A stretch of 61,254 bases of DNA, taken from the NCBI GenBank assembly GCA_002441085.1, contig DJVF01000011.1, positions 4,514 to 65,767 of the forward strand, read 5' to 3'. Origin of the DNA: Patescibacteria group bacterium UBA6263. GTDB lineage: Bacteria; Patescibacteriota; Gracilibacteria; Absconditabacterales; Absconditicoccaceae. Of this stretch, positions 1 through 11,128 are shown piece after piece (the stretch's first letter is position 1; each line of letters opens with the position of its first letter). A program made the translations under genes and the position numbers. The notes under the pieces were generated by a model. That model saw only the letters and a list, made by a program, of their open reading frames with translations, had not been told where the DNA came from and did not search any database.

Positions 1-1385
1 ATATTTTGTCTTATTTTGTAGTCTATGTCTCCAGCAGAGTATATAACTATCACTTCATCTTTTTGTCAGGATTGAATAATTTTTTGAATTTCTTCAAAGT
101 CTGAGATATATTTTCATCCACATTCTTTTGCAAAATTTTCTCATAAATCTTGGATGGATTTGATATGAAATTTGGTGAATGTATCCAAGTTTTCTCTAGC
201 TGCATAAATATCATAAATAAAAACTTGATCATAGTTCTTGAATGCTTTGATAAAATCGTTTCGTCAGGTTTCAATTCTATTTATCTGATGTGGTTGGAAA
301 ATAACTGTAATCTTTTCTTTCTTAAATTTTAATCTAAGTGCATCGTAAGATAATTTGATAGGTGAAGCCATATGTCAGTAATCTGAAAATATCTTTGTTC
401 AATTGGAATTTGTTCATAGATATTCTAATCTTCTTCGTAGTCATTTGAAATTTTCTATTGTTTCTTTTATTCTTTTTGAATCCAATTTTGGTGATATTTT
501 TTTAGTCAAAGCTTTTACAAAAGATCAGTTTCGTTGATTGTAGTCTCATAGTATGTATTTGAATCAGAATTTAGATTTTGGGATTTTGACTATTTTGTCT
601 TTTTCTTTTGTGATTTTTAGAATATTATTATATATGTTTTCTGGTACTATAACTTTTTTTTTGGTTTTGGATATTAGTTGGGTGAATGCGCTTTGGTAGT
701 CTTTGATATCTTTGTAATAATCTGTGTGATCAAGTTCAATATTTGTGATGATAGAGTAATCTAGATCGAGGTTTAGGAAGTGTCTTTTATATTCACAAGC
801 TTCTACTATAAAAAAATATTTTTTTATATTATCGTAGTTTAGTCTTTTGCCAATTATGATATAATCGAAAATACTTTTTAAATCAGACATAACTGACGTC
901 AGTCAGGCTTTATTTTTATTATTTATTAGATAACTATTGTTATCAAATTGTGCTACCATAGCTCATAATATTCATAGTCAGAATTTGGAATTTAATTTAT
1001 TTATTGTATATATGGCCATAGATGTAGTGGATGATTTGCCGTTTGTTCATGCTATTCATATAGTTTGGAAATACTTGGAAACTTCTCATAGAAATTGGAA
1101 ATAATTTCGCATTACAAGTATTTTGTCTTTTGATTGGAAAAGCTTCTTGGCTTCTTGGATCTCTATACAATCATGTACAGCTTCGGAATATATTATGATA
1201 TCATCTAAATTGATTGTATATTTGCCATGTCATATTATTGTCCTAATTCATTTGGATTTGAGTTTGTCTGTGAGTTGACTTTGGAATCAATCTATACAAA
1301 TCAGATTGGAAAATCACAAGTCAAAAAGCATTCATGCTAGTCATGACATTCATGTTCATCAAGCTCAGATAAGTACTATATTCAT
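1..1385 (-). CDS. murC: UDP-N-acetylmuramate--L-alanine ligase MurC (C-terminal few codons lie beyond the left edge)
   Basis: Minus strand with TGA=Gly gives the N-terminus MNIVLIGAGGTGMSGLAGML and the P-loop GIAGTNGKSSTT (about 1021-1060). It also gives EACEYKRHFLNLDLDYSIITNIELDHTDYY and the C-terminal FQPHQ..YDIYAAREN..SAGDI. ATG is at 1385-1383 and the frame is open to base 1. Confidence 0.9.
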
Positions 1386-1454
1386 AGAAATGTAAAAACG
1401 TATAAATGTAGAAACCTGACGGCCGTCAGGCAGGCGTAGAAATGTAAAAACGTA
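1385..1454. repeat. 18-nt perfect direct repeat TAGAAATGTAAAAACGTA (1385-1402, 1437-1454) flanking the GC-rich perfect palindrome CCTGACGGCCGTCAGG (1415-1430)
   Basis: Read directly from the sequence. The core AAACCTGACGGCCGTCAGGCAGG (1412-1434) recurs with 2 mismatches at 46160-46182. Confidence 0.75.
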
Positions 1455-1562
1455 GAAGAAGAATATTTAATAAATTTTTGAAAGCAAGTATTATTTAAAT
1501 AAAAAGATTTAATTGAATTTTCAATATCAATATTTATAAAAATTAAAACAAAAAAATATTTT

Positions 1563-1790
1563 ATGTATCAAATATCATTATTAGTCAAAAATCTTGCTCT
1601 TCATGAAGGTCAAGAAAAAGCAATTGCTTTTGGCGACGCTCTTTCAGAAAAGTCTCTTTCTTTAGGCATCATGGAAGGATTTACGACAAAAGAAATTATT
1701 TACGCAGTTCTCCCCAACTTTCTTTCAGATCCATGTATAGATTGTATGTTTAATTTTATTACGACATGGAAATACAATTATTTACTGTAA
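1563..1790 (+). CDS. hypothetical small protein (75 aa)
   Basis: Intact ORF with ATG and a TAA stop. It is followed immediately by a stem-loop plus T-run. No recognisable motif. Confidence 0.5.
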   Translation: MYQISLLVKNLALHEGQEKAIAFGDALSEKSLSLGIMEGFTTKEIIYAVLPNFLSDPCIDCMFNFITTWKYNYLL

Positions 1791-1826
1791 AATCTCTATT
1801 GTTATTTTCTTTAGAGATTTTTTTTA
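1790..1826 (+). terminator. intrinsic terminator
   Basis: Stem AAATCTCT / AGAGATTT followed by a T-run. Confidence 0.6.
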
Positions 1827-1980
1827 TTAGAAAATTATTATATAAATAATGAATATTAAGATTATTTTTGTAACTAATATTTTAAACTTTTTTACATATT
1901 TTTGAGCTTGTATTGCTATTTAATAAGGTTAGTCTGTTTGTATAAACCTTGCGTAAAATTTAGTAATTATCAAAATATAA

Positions 1981-2436
1981 ATGAAAAAAATATTATTAAT
2001 TCTTGTATTGAGTATGATGTTTATTTTAGTTGGATGTCAAAATTCTTTGGAAACTTCTTGAAAGGTTGATAATGAGACTACAAGTATTGCTAACCCTGCT
2101 TCTGAAAATTGTCTAATAAAGGGTTGAAAATTGGAGATTAGAAAAAATAAAAATGGAGAGTACGGAGTCTGTCTTTTTGAAGATAATAGGCAGTGTGAAG
2201 AATGGGCACTTTTGCGTGGCGATTGTCCAGAAGGTTGAATAAAGATTACTGGCTATGACAATGATGCAGAAATTTTTTGTGCTATATGTTGAGGCGAAGT
2301 TTATGGTGTTGGTACTCAGACTCCAATGTGTAAAAGAATCGATGGAACATTTTGTAATGCACAATCTAATTTTGATGGTGAATGTCCAGACCCAAATGAT
2401 CCTAATCCAAATGCCGGCAATGTCGAAGCAAAATAA
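1981..2436 (+). CDS. DUF333-family lipoprotein
   Basis: Signal peptide with lipobox (MKKILLILVLSMMFILVGC). Then NPASENCLIKGGKLEIRKNKNGEYGVCLFEDNRQCEEWALLRGDCP, which is typical of DUF333. Four in-frame TGA=Gly codons. Confidence 0.75.
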
Positions 2437-2454
2437 TGATATAATTTATGATAA

Positions 2455-2487
2455 TAAAAAAATCTGCAGTTAATTGCAGTTTTTTGT
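2455..2487 (+). terminator. intrinsic terminator
   Basis: Stem CTGCA / TGCAG with an A-run before and a T-run after. Confidence 0.45.
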
Positions 2488-2600
2488 TTTTAATTTATCT
2501 CGTTTTATATTATATAGACGATGTTATAATAATATTATGATACAGATTTTTCTCAAAAAAATATTTTTTCTCCGAAAAACAGAGAATCAATTTATTTATT

Positions 2601-2906
2601 CTATCTTTTTATTTTCCTAAATCTCAACAATATAGCGAAAACAAAAGAAGCGATGGAGAGTAAAAGACATCCTATATAAGCACTGTAGCCTTCCTTCCAT
2701 TCTTTAGCAGGAGTAAAAATGTGGAAATTAAGATAATATTGGCTTATTGACAGTAGTAATAGTACTATACCCATACCTAGAAAAAGCCAGATAACTTTTT
2801 TTTGGGGAAGGGTGGTTTTTTTGTTGACATCTTTGGTGAGCCCATATATGATGCCTACAAGCGCTAAAATCAATACCACATTGATAGTAATAAGTAGTTC
2901 TTTCAT
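2601..2906 (-). CDS. hypothetical membrane protein (101 aa, about 3 TM)
   Basis: Intact ORF with a TAG stop and three hydrophobic segments. Confidence 0.55.
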   Translation of the reverse strand: MKELLITINVVLILALVGIIYGLTKDVNKKTTLPQKKVIWLFLGMGIVLLLLSISQYYLNFHIFTPAKEWKEGYSAYIGCLLLSIASFVFAILLRFRKIKR

Positions 2907-3037
2907 AATAATTTTTTTTTGTTATATATCTTAATTTATATATATTTTTGGTATAAAGTCAATTATAAAGTTTGTAGATTCTAATTAATCAAAAAATCAC
3001 AACTTTTTGTTGTGATATCTTATGGAATTAAGTAAGT

Positions 3038-3121
3038 TACCCAGAGGGGGACTTGAACCCCCACGACCTTACGGTCACCAGATTTTGAGTCTAGCATGTC
3101 TGCCAATTCCATCATCTGGGC
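3038..3121 (-). tRNA. tRNA-Leu(CAA), class II, no encoded CCA
   Basis: The reverse complement folds as a cloverleaf: acceptor GCCCAGA/TCTGGGT (G1-U72), anticodon stem CTAGA/TCTGG, loop CTCAAAA. It has a long variable arm GACC-GTAA-GGTC and a T-arm GGGGG-TTCAAGT-CCCCC. Confidence 0.9.
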
Positions 3122-3140
3122 ATATACTGTGTTAGTTTTT

Positions 3141-3207
3141 ATGTCTGCCAATCATGCCTGCATACCTCCGGTATGTAAACCGGCAGGCAGGTCTATCATC
3201 TGGGCAT
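3141..3207 (-). repeat. partial duplicate of the tRNA-Leu 5' half, interrupted by a 42-nt GC-rich hairpin
   Basis: ATGTCTGCCAAT (3141-3152) and ATCATCTGGGCAT (3195-3207) repeat tRNA bases 3096-3107 and 3111-3123. In between, the tRNA's TCC is replaced by CATGCCTGCATACCTCCGGTATGTAAACCGGCAGGCAGGTCT. Confidence 0.75.
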
Positions 3208-3384
3208 GTTTTTTAAGTTTAGAATTAAGAATGCAAAATCAAGAATTATTTTTATAACAAAAAATATGACTTAGTTTGTATAATAAAAGTCAGATTAAAA
3301 TCAATTGATTTTTGTAAAAGTTTTATTATTACTCATGGGATGAGTGTTTTATATTCATCGTTTTTATACGTTATATTTATCAAG

Positions 3385-3789
3385 ATGGATTTGAATAAGG
3401 TAATGCTTATTGGTAGAGCTACCAACAATTTACAGGTCAAAAGTATTGAAAGTACAGGTACTCCAGTTGCAAACTTTACTGTTGCAACAAACAGAAAATT
3501 TAAAAATAGAGATGGTAATCTATTGGAAGATGCAGAGTATCACAGATGTGTAGCCTATGGTAAGTGAGCAGAAGTACTATGAAAGTATTTGACTAAGTGA
3601 AAAAGAGTTTATATCGAATGAAGACTTAGAACTAGAAAGTGGCAAGACAGTGAATGAAGTGAAAGATTTTCTACTGAAGTAATAGTAGACAATTTTATCT
3701 TCTTGGATAGCAAATGACAAGGTGATGATCTTTGAGATAACACTGAAACTGTTGGTCAAGCTATTGATGATGAAGATGTTCCATTTTAG
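3385..3789 (+). CDS. ssb: single-stranded DNA-binding protein
   Basis: MDLNKVMLIGRATNN.. and [37 protein letters not shown], where the Gly residues are TGA codons. Acidic tail ends in DDEDVPF. Confidence 0.9.
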
Positions 3790-3892
3790 TAATTAGTGAT
3801 TGTATAATTTCAAAAAATTTGTTTAACAGATTTTGATTTGTTATTATTTGTCTTTGTGTGAAAAATTTATTTATATTAGATATTTTTGATAG

Positions 3893-4477
3893 ATGAGATT
3901 GAGTAAGTGAAGATTTAAAAATTTTCTAGCGGATGCATTTGATTTGTTATCTTTTTTGGTGTTTGTATGAGGTATAGTTTTGTTTGTAAGATTTTTTGTA
4001 GCCAATCCTTATACTGTAGTATGATCTAGCATGTCTCCGACTTTTGAAGAAAATGATTTTATCGTAGTAGACAAGATTACTCCTAGATTTGGACAATTGG
4101 AGAGAGGAGATATAATAGTTTTTGTACCTCCCGGTAAAAGTGTGCCTTATATCAAAAGAATTGTTTGATTGCCATGAGAAACAGTCAAAGTAAAAGATGG
4201 TTGAGTATATATTTGTGATAGCAATAATTTAGTTGATTGTAAAAAATTAGATGAAGATTATATACCAGATTATGTAAATACAGAAGCAAGATGTGGTAAA
4301 ACAGAATTTAAAATTGAAAGCTGATTCTTTGTCCTATGAGACAATAGATGATTCTCTACAGATTCTTTGTGCTGTTTTGGTTTGTGATGTTTTGAGTGAT
4401 CAAATTATACTGTTCCCTCTAACTATATGATTTGAAGAGTTTATATAAGAATCATTCCTAGTTTGCAAGTGTTTTAA
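3893..4477 (+). CDS. lepB: signal peptidase I
   Basis: TM segment, then the motifs GSSMSPTF, GDIIVF, YIKRIVGLPGETV and GDNRGFSTDS. Confidence 0.85.
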
Positions 4478-4491
4478 AATAATACATACAT

Positions 4492-5058
4492 ATGAAAATT
4501 TTTCATAGTTTTGATACTTCTTTAAGGAAAAAAAAATTTAAGGAACATCAGAACAAATGGGGTATTGAGAATGTCTTGTGTTTTGGTAAGAGTAGATTAT
4601 ATCGAATTGTTAAAGTTATTATACCTTTACTTTTTTTGATTGTTGTATCATTTATTTTAGTGAATTTATTTGATGCTTGGGTAGGAGAAACATATCTTAT
4701 ATATTTTATATTTATTGTAATTATTGCAGATTTTTTTTTAATCATGCCAATATTATGAAAATATATAGAATATAAGATGGATTTTGTTATAATTATACCT
4801 GATGCTATTATCAAGTATGATCAGAAATGATTATTTAAAAAAAATGTAATTACGATAAATTCACAAGGTATTAAAACAATAAGTGTTCAAAGAAGTAATC
4901 TTTTATATAGTATTTTTAATAATTGAGATTTGATTTTTTTATCTGAATCTATAGGTCAGCATGAAGAAGAAAGTCATGGAGAAGTTACTTTACATCGAAT
5001 TGCCAAACCAGAAAAGAAAAAAGATAAAATAATAAAAATACTTAAAATTAACTATTAA
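4492..5058 (+). CDS. membrane protein with a bacterial PH-like (YdbT/bPH_2-like) domain
   Basis: Two TM segments, then DFVIIIPDAIIKYDQKGLF..ISVQRSNLLYSIFNNGDLIFLSE. It is a paralog of the next gene. Confidence 0.55.
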
Positions 5059-5062
5059 AAAC

Positions 5063-5626
5063 ATGAGAATCTTTTCAAATTTTGATACAAAACTTAGACA
5101 AAGTAAATTACAAGAATATCAGGATATTTATGGTCATGATAATGTTTTGATTTTACAAAAGAGCAGGTTTTTTTTGATTATCAAGACTTTGCCCAAAATA
5201 ATATCATTTTTAATTGTTATTATTATTATTTTTTTTGTTAGTAAATGGATTTTTGCTCAATTAGATGTGGATTATACAATATATATTGTTATATGAACTT
5301 TGCTTATATTACTAAGTTTTTCTTGGCCTGTTATAAAACATTTGATAGATTATTACATGGATTTTGCTATAGTCACACCCAAGGCGCTAGTAATGTTTAA
5401 TCAAACATGACTATTCAAAAGAGATATGGCTACTGTAGATGTAGATAAAATCAAAACTATTCTAGTCAAAAAAAGATGAATTTTGTTTAGTGTTTTCAAT
5501 AATTGAGATTTGATTTTTTTGTCTGAATGAGATAGTGAAAGATATGGAGAAATAAAACTTTATTTTATATACCAGCCTGAAAAGAAAAAAGAAATAGTTT
5601 CCAAAATTATCTGATATGAAATTTAA
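5063..5626 (+). CDS. membrane protein with a bacterial PH-like domain (tandem paralog)
   Basis: Same architecture and colinear motifs: FDTKLR.., DFAIVTPKALVMFNQTGLF.., ILFSVFNNGDLIFLSEG. Confidence 0.55.
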
Positions 5627-5643
5627 ATTATTATAATATATGG

Positions 5644-6000
5644 ATGCAGAAACCTGAAAAAAAATCTCCCAAAATTCCCTATGATATTTATGAATCTCCA
5701 CAAGAGATTGTGATTTTGATGCCACTAGGATGAGTAGAAAAAAATAGTATAAAACTTGATATAAAGGACTATAGGCTTGTAATTACATGAAAAAGATCAA
5801 AATCACAAGTAAAAGACAATCTGATACCTATCAAAGAAGAATGTTATCGATGAGATATTGATCAGGTGATAGATTTGCCTCCTCAGGTTTATTTTGACAA
5901 AATTCATAGCAAACTCACATCCAACAATACATTGGAAATTATAGTACCCAAAGCATTGGTACCAGAAAAAATAGAATTGGAAGTGGAGTATGATAAATAA
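5644..6000 (+). CDS. Hsp20/alpha-crystallin small heat-shock protein
   Basis: PYDIYESPQEIVILMPLGGVEKNSIKLDIKDYRLVITGKR...IDLPPQVYFDKIHSKLTSNNTLEIIVPK. Confidence 0.8.
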
Positions 6001-6017
6001 ATTAGAAATTTGAAATT

Positions 6018-6043
6018 AAAGCTAGCTGTAAAGCTAGTTTTTT
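6018..6043. terminator. intrinsic terminator between convergent genes
   Basis: Stem CTAGCT-GTAA-AGCTAG followed by a T-run. Confidence 0.5.
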
Positions 6044-7688
6044 ATTTTCAAACATTATAATATTCATAAGTCTGTCAATTTTTTGTTTTTAATATCAATT
6101 TATCTCATTTAAAATTTATATCTACTCTCTGAACAGCTTTGGGATCATCACTTCAGTAATGTCATTCTCAATCTTTGTATGTATACGGCATTGTAACGGT
6201 GTTTCACATTTTCTGTCAGTTTACCAATGCTCATGCTATCATATTAGAGTCTGTAAATTCCATAAATCAATGAGTGTTTCAATCAATAATTTCCCATTTT
6301 GTTCATGCTAATGATTTTGTTATATTTTCTTCTTCATTGTTATCTATTTCTTCTTCTGTGTTGTTATTTTCTATTGTAGAATTAGTTTTTGTCCATTCTC
6401 GTTTTTGTTTATAGATATTTGTTGTATATAGAGTATTGTTTTTTAATTCAAATGTTATGTATGAAGGAGTATTCGGTTCTCATCGGTACCCTTTACCATC
6501 TTCATATTTATATTTCATTGTTATCGTATTTCCTAATTTTTCTCAATTAGATGTTGCTGATAGACTTAATTCATTTTCTGTAAATGTATAAGTTGATGTT
6601 ATATTTCATTGTGTATGTGTTCGTTGTCCAATGATTGATTCTTCATTTTTATCTTTTTTTTCTTCTATTTTTTTTGTTTCTACTACTTCTTCTTTTTGTG
6701 TTATTGTTTGTTCTTGTTCTTGGATTGTTTTTGCTAATTGTGAAATTTCTTCCATTATTTTATTTTTATCCGTTGTTGTCAGGATATTATTGTCTTGAGT
6801 CCGAGTATCTATTTCTGATGTATCGAGAATAGTCATTTCAGATTTTTTTTTGTCTAATTTGATTCACATCACTTTTCATTCTTGTATTATATCATTTGTA
6901 GCTTCAAAAGTATAAGTAAATGCATTGATCATATTGATTGCACTATCTCATGCATTATACAATCATGCGAATCATACTATAGCAGCACCTGGTTCTGTGA
7001 TTTTTCTAATATCTCACAAGACTGTAGCTACTTGATTATTATATCCAAGTGCGATATTACTTACATCTTCTCCGATTTGAAGAACGAGATCTGCTCAATT
7101 GATTAACATCCCCACTTTATCTAGTGTGCTTGCTGCTCATGCTATCTGTCATCATCATATCATGAGTCAGACTTTGCATCAATCTTTGATCATTTTAGCT
7201 GTATTTTCTAGTTTTTCAAATGTATCTCCTGCTTGATTTCGTGCTTCGGCAGTTAATTGTTCTTGAGACATTTTTAGAAGTTTGAATGCTTTTTCTGCGC
7301 TGATATTTAGTTCTTTTGCTAGTGTCTTGATTTTTTTTCATGGAGGAGCTTTGTCTATTATACTAGTTATCTCTTGTGCATCATATGCAGTTACCTGTCC
7401 TCGGGAGACGTTTACTAGTTTATCTGCTTGTGTTTCAAGTTCTTTTGTTAGTTTATAGACAGTTTCTCGTTGTTCTGTTAGCTTATTGATGTAGATGATT
7501 CATTCTTCATAATCACTATTTGCTTGCTGTGACAATGCATCTGTTTTGAGTAAGCTGTCTGAATAAAGTATAGAGCTTTTTACAATTAAGTTATTCATCT
7601 CTTCTGTACTAAGTTTTTTTGTTGGAAAAAAAATAAGTATAAGAAATAGTATTACAACTATAGCTATACCGATTAGTCGTTTTTTCAT
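6042..7688 (-). CDS. hypothetical membrane-anchored protein (548 aa) with a charged low-complexity middle region
   Basis: Single frame is open from ATG 7688 to TAA 6044-6042 once TGA=Gly. It has an N-terminal TM (LIGIAIVVILFLILIFF) and an E/K/Q-rich stretch at about 6606-6836. Confidence 0.6.
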
Positions 7689-7946
7689 ATTAATTTTTAT
7701 GAAAAAATAAAAAATATTTTATTTAATTTATTTTTTTAAATAGTTTTTTCAACTAAAGTATTAGTTGGTTTTATGCTTGTTTATAAGTAATATAATTTTA
7801 TTGCTTATTAGTATCATATCTAATATTATATTATTGTTTAATGTTTTTATTTAAAATATATTTCTATGCAAGAAAATATATTTTTCTTTTGCTTTAAAAA
7901 TCTTTTTTTGTAGTATTACGAATAATTTTTAATTTACGATTAGTTA

Positions 7947-10094
7947 ATGTTAAATAATAAATTTAGATATGTGGGAATAGATTTTGAAACTACAGGATTG
8001 GATATCAATAGGGATGAGCCAATTCAGATATGAATTATAGAGATTGATGAAAATGGGAAAATTATAGATCAATTTGATTCTCTTATTAAACCAAGCAAAG
8101 ATGCTACTCAGCTCAAAAGTATAGTTTGATTTATTACGGGACTTAGTCTACAAGATTTGGAAAGTTCGCCTAGCGTGCAAGATATTTTGCCTCAAATCCA
8201 AAAGTTTTTCTGAGAAAATACGATCGTTATATGACATAATGTGGCTTTTGATATATCTTTTTTGAATAAATTTTTTCCTGATTTGAAATATCATAGCACA
8301 ATAGATACTGTAGCTTTGATGCAAAATTTTGTACATTATGCTCCTAGTTATGCATTGGATGTATTGACCAAACATATCCAAGAAAACAAGGTATTTAATC
8401 AATTAGACTTGGATTGGAAATTTTTATCAGAATGAGAAGAATCTTTTCATGATGCACTTTGTGATACTCAGAATTCATTAGGATTTTTTGTATATGTGGT
8501 CAAATATATCAATTTGATAAAATCTAAATATGCTATTATTGAGTATTTTATTTCTAGACATTCTGTCTGGGGACAAATTATATTGGATATAGGCAATACT
8601 GCTTTGGATAATATACAGCTTCCTAGTTTGGAAAGGATTAGTCCTTCCAATACTTCATTCAAAACCAATGACAAACTTATCAATGTATTGGATTTGCAGA
8701 GTCTGGAGAGATACTATATTTGAAATATTTGATTAAAAGAAATATTACAATGACTATTGTCCAACAAAAATTTGATTATTTCTTTCTCTAGCAAACCCAA
8801 GATGGATATTGTCAAAAATATTTTCAATGATATGTGAATCAAAAATGTTTGATTTGCTAGAGAGGAGCAGACCATCAATTATGACAATTTTAATAAATTT
8901 ATAAACAAAACAAATTTTGAAGACGGAGAGATTATGTTTATACTAAAATATATTTCTCATTTGTATCAATGATATGGAGTATTGGATCTGAATAGCAAAT
9001 TTGATTATCAGATTTATTATTTCCTCAAAGATACTAGAGATATAGTCAGATATCCAATAGTTTTGACTACTCATGGAGGTTTGTTTGCTTTGCTAGAAGA
9101 TCAAAAAAAATCTTATTATGATTATGATATTTGTTTTTTTGATATGGAATGGTGGTACAAAAATTACAATTATTATCTATCTAGGACTTGCGATCTATAT
9201 TATATACTCAATTTGATAGAGATGTTTATTTATAAATATAAGCTCAATTATCAACTTTGATTGTGTGATGACAAGGCTATGATTCAGCTGCAAAATTTTT
9301 GTAATTTTTTTCAAATATTTATAGGTGAAATATTTATAGAAACCAAAAAATTTTTTACCAATACATCAAATACAAAAATCCAAATAAATCCTATTGTAGA
9401 TAGTATAGATTTTGTAAAGACCAATGCTTTGTTATCTCAATTTGAATATTACAAAAATGCTTTTGAATCTCTATTGTGAGATGATTTTGATCGTTTTTGG
9501 TCTGGATTTGCTCATATGATAAATGTTTTGTGAGGTATAATGTATGTATCCAAAAATATGTACAATCAATGAGATTTTTATTTTGTATATTGAGAATCAG
9601 CCAAATTTACAAATTGGTCAGAATTTACAGATATATTTAGTGATTTTCATACAATATTTTTATCTCACTATGATCAAACTTATAAAAAAATCAAAGAATT
9701 AGAATTTATTCCAAATATTTCTGCAGTTAGATTGGATACTATTTCAAAGATTTCTGATTTTTTTGATGTTGATGAACATAAAGATTTGAATTCTGTATTT
9801 ATTTTGTCTACTCAAAAAGAAGAATCTAAAGCTATTTTTGATATGTTTTTGTCAAAATGACTGGATAAAAACCATTTGATATTGATAGAAAATATTACTT
9901 GATGATTTGGTAAAAATATATTTAAGGCAAAATATAAACAAAAGAAAATAATCGTTGGATGATATAACTTCCTAATGTCTTGCTATGCAAGCAAAATTAA
10001 ATTTGACAAATTAATTGTTTTTAATATAAAATGATCACAAGAAAAAAATATTTTAAATGATGTTAGATGGTATGCCTATCAAAATTATTCCTAA
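7947..10094 (+). CDS. DnaQ-type DEDDh 3'-5' exonuclease fused to a degenerate DinG/Rad3-like body (715 aa)
   Basis: Exo motifs are VGIDFETTGL, GHNVAFDISFL and HDALCDT. The C-terminal body ends like DinG (IIVGGYNF..LIVFNIKG). No intact Walker A or DEAH motif is visible (FSSKPKMD, FFDMEWW). Confidence 0.7.
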
Positions 10095-10995
10095 AATTGG
10101 TTTGATAGATTTGGTTAAACTAATTTGTGCTGTAATAATAATATACTTATGATTAGCTCTAAAAGTCAGTGATGTATGAGAGAATGTTTTGGATTTGTTT
10201 CAACAAGATTATTTGATAGATGATGAGCATTCAGCTTATTATGACTATGATTTGGAATCTCATAATATAGGTGATAGTTCAAAGTTATCAGATTTTGATT
10301 CTTTTTGTGATGATAATAAAAAAATATGTAATAAACTTGATTTCAAAGCAAGCTATACTCAAGTCAAAAAATCTGAATATTTATCTGGGTCTATACATGC
10401 TATATGATGAATAAATAATTATAGTATTTTGTGAAAAAGTATTTTTGATTCATTTAATTTATTGGTTTTGCAAATTGAAAAAGCTACCAAGAGAGCTTGG
10501 ACTAGATGAAATAGTGTCTTTGTAAATACCAATAATATAATATATGATTGAGAATTTGTACAGCTTTTGGTTCATGAATTTGGACATATAGTAGATCTTT
10601 ATTCTATAAACTGAGCTAGCAAAAAAAAGGATAAAAATTTTACCGAGTTTAATAGAATTATTTTTGCTATAGATGATCCATCTATATGGTTTTATAAGCT
10701 TTCTTGGAATTGAGAAAAAATAAGAAAAGCCAATGCAAATTCTAAAGATTTTTGTTCTGGATATGGTATGTACAATCCTTTTGAAGATTTTGCTGAATGT
10801 CACAATCTGTATCTCAATCATAATGCTGTATTTAGATTGTTTGCAAGATCCAATACTGTATTGAAGCAAAAATATAATTTTATGGCTAGTTTATATAAAG
10901 GCAAATATTTCAACAAGTGAGCTAAACTTTTTTATGTATCCAAAGAAAAATGAATAGATTGGAGGCCCTGGGATACTACAAGATCTTATAACTAA
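10072..10995 (+). CDS. membrane-anchored HExxH (zinc metallopeptidase-like) protein
   Basis: ATG at 10072 overlaps the upstream stop by 23 nt. It has a signal-anchor LIDLVKLICAVIIIYLGLAL and the motif LLVHEFGHIVD. Confidence 0.55.
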
Positions 10996-11128
10996 CAATA
11001 ATTGTCTCAAAAGTCAACTATTCCTAATTGTAAAGTTGTACTTTTTTTGTTTTTATTGAGCTTTTTGGGTATAATATTGATATATTGATAGCTTTATATT
11101 TCAATTGTTTAAGATATCCAACAATATT

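Noticed and set aside
1412-1434. The GC-rich element could be a DNA uptake sequence, because its GCCGTC core resembles the Neisseria uptake sequence.
   Set aside because: Only about five copies in 61 kb, with variable cores and flanking direct repeats. The density and architecture fit a REP-like or miniature insertion element better. It remains a low-probability alternative.
10459-10869. A 136-aa minus-strand ORF from the track. Similar long antisense ORFs are at 13896-14321, 16374-16760, 20946-21350, 23795-24238, 31403-31825 and 56402-56956.
   Set aside because: Each lies antisense to a motif-supported gene. Their products are low-complexity (I/F/Y/K/S-rich) with no motifs. Such shadow ORFs are expected in AT-rich DNA.
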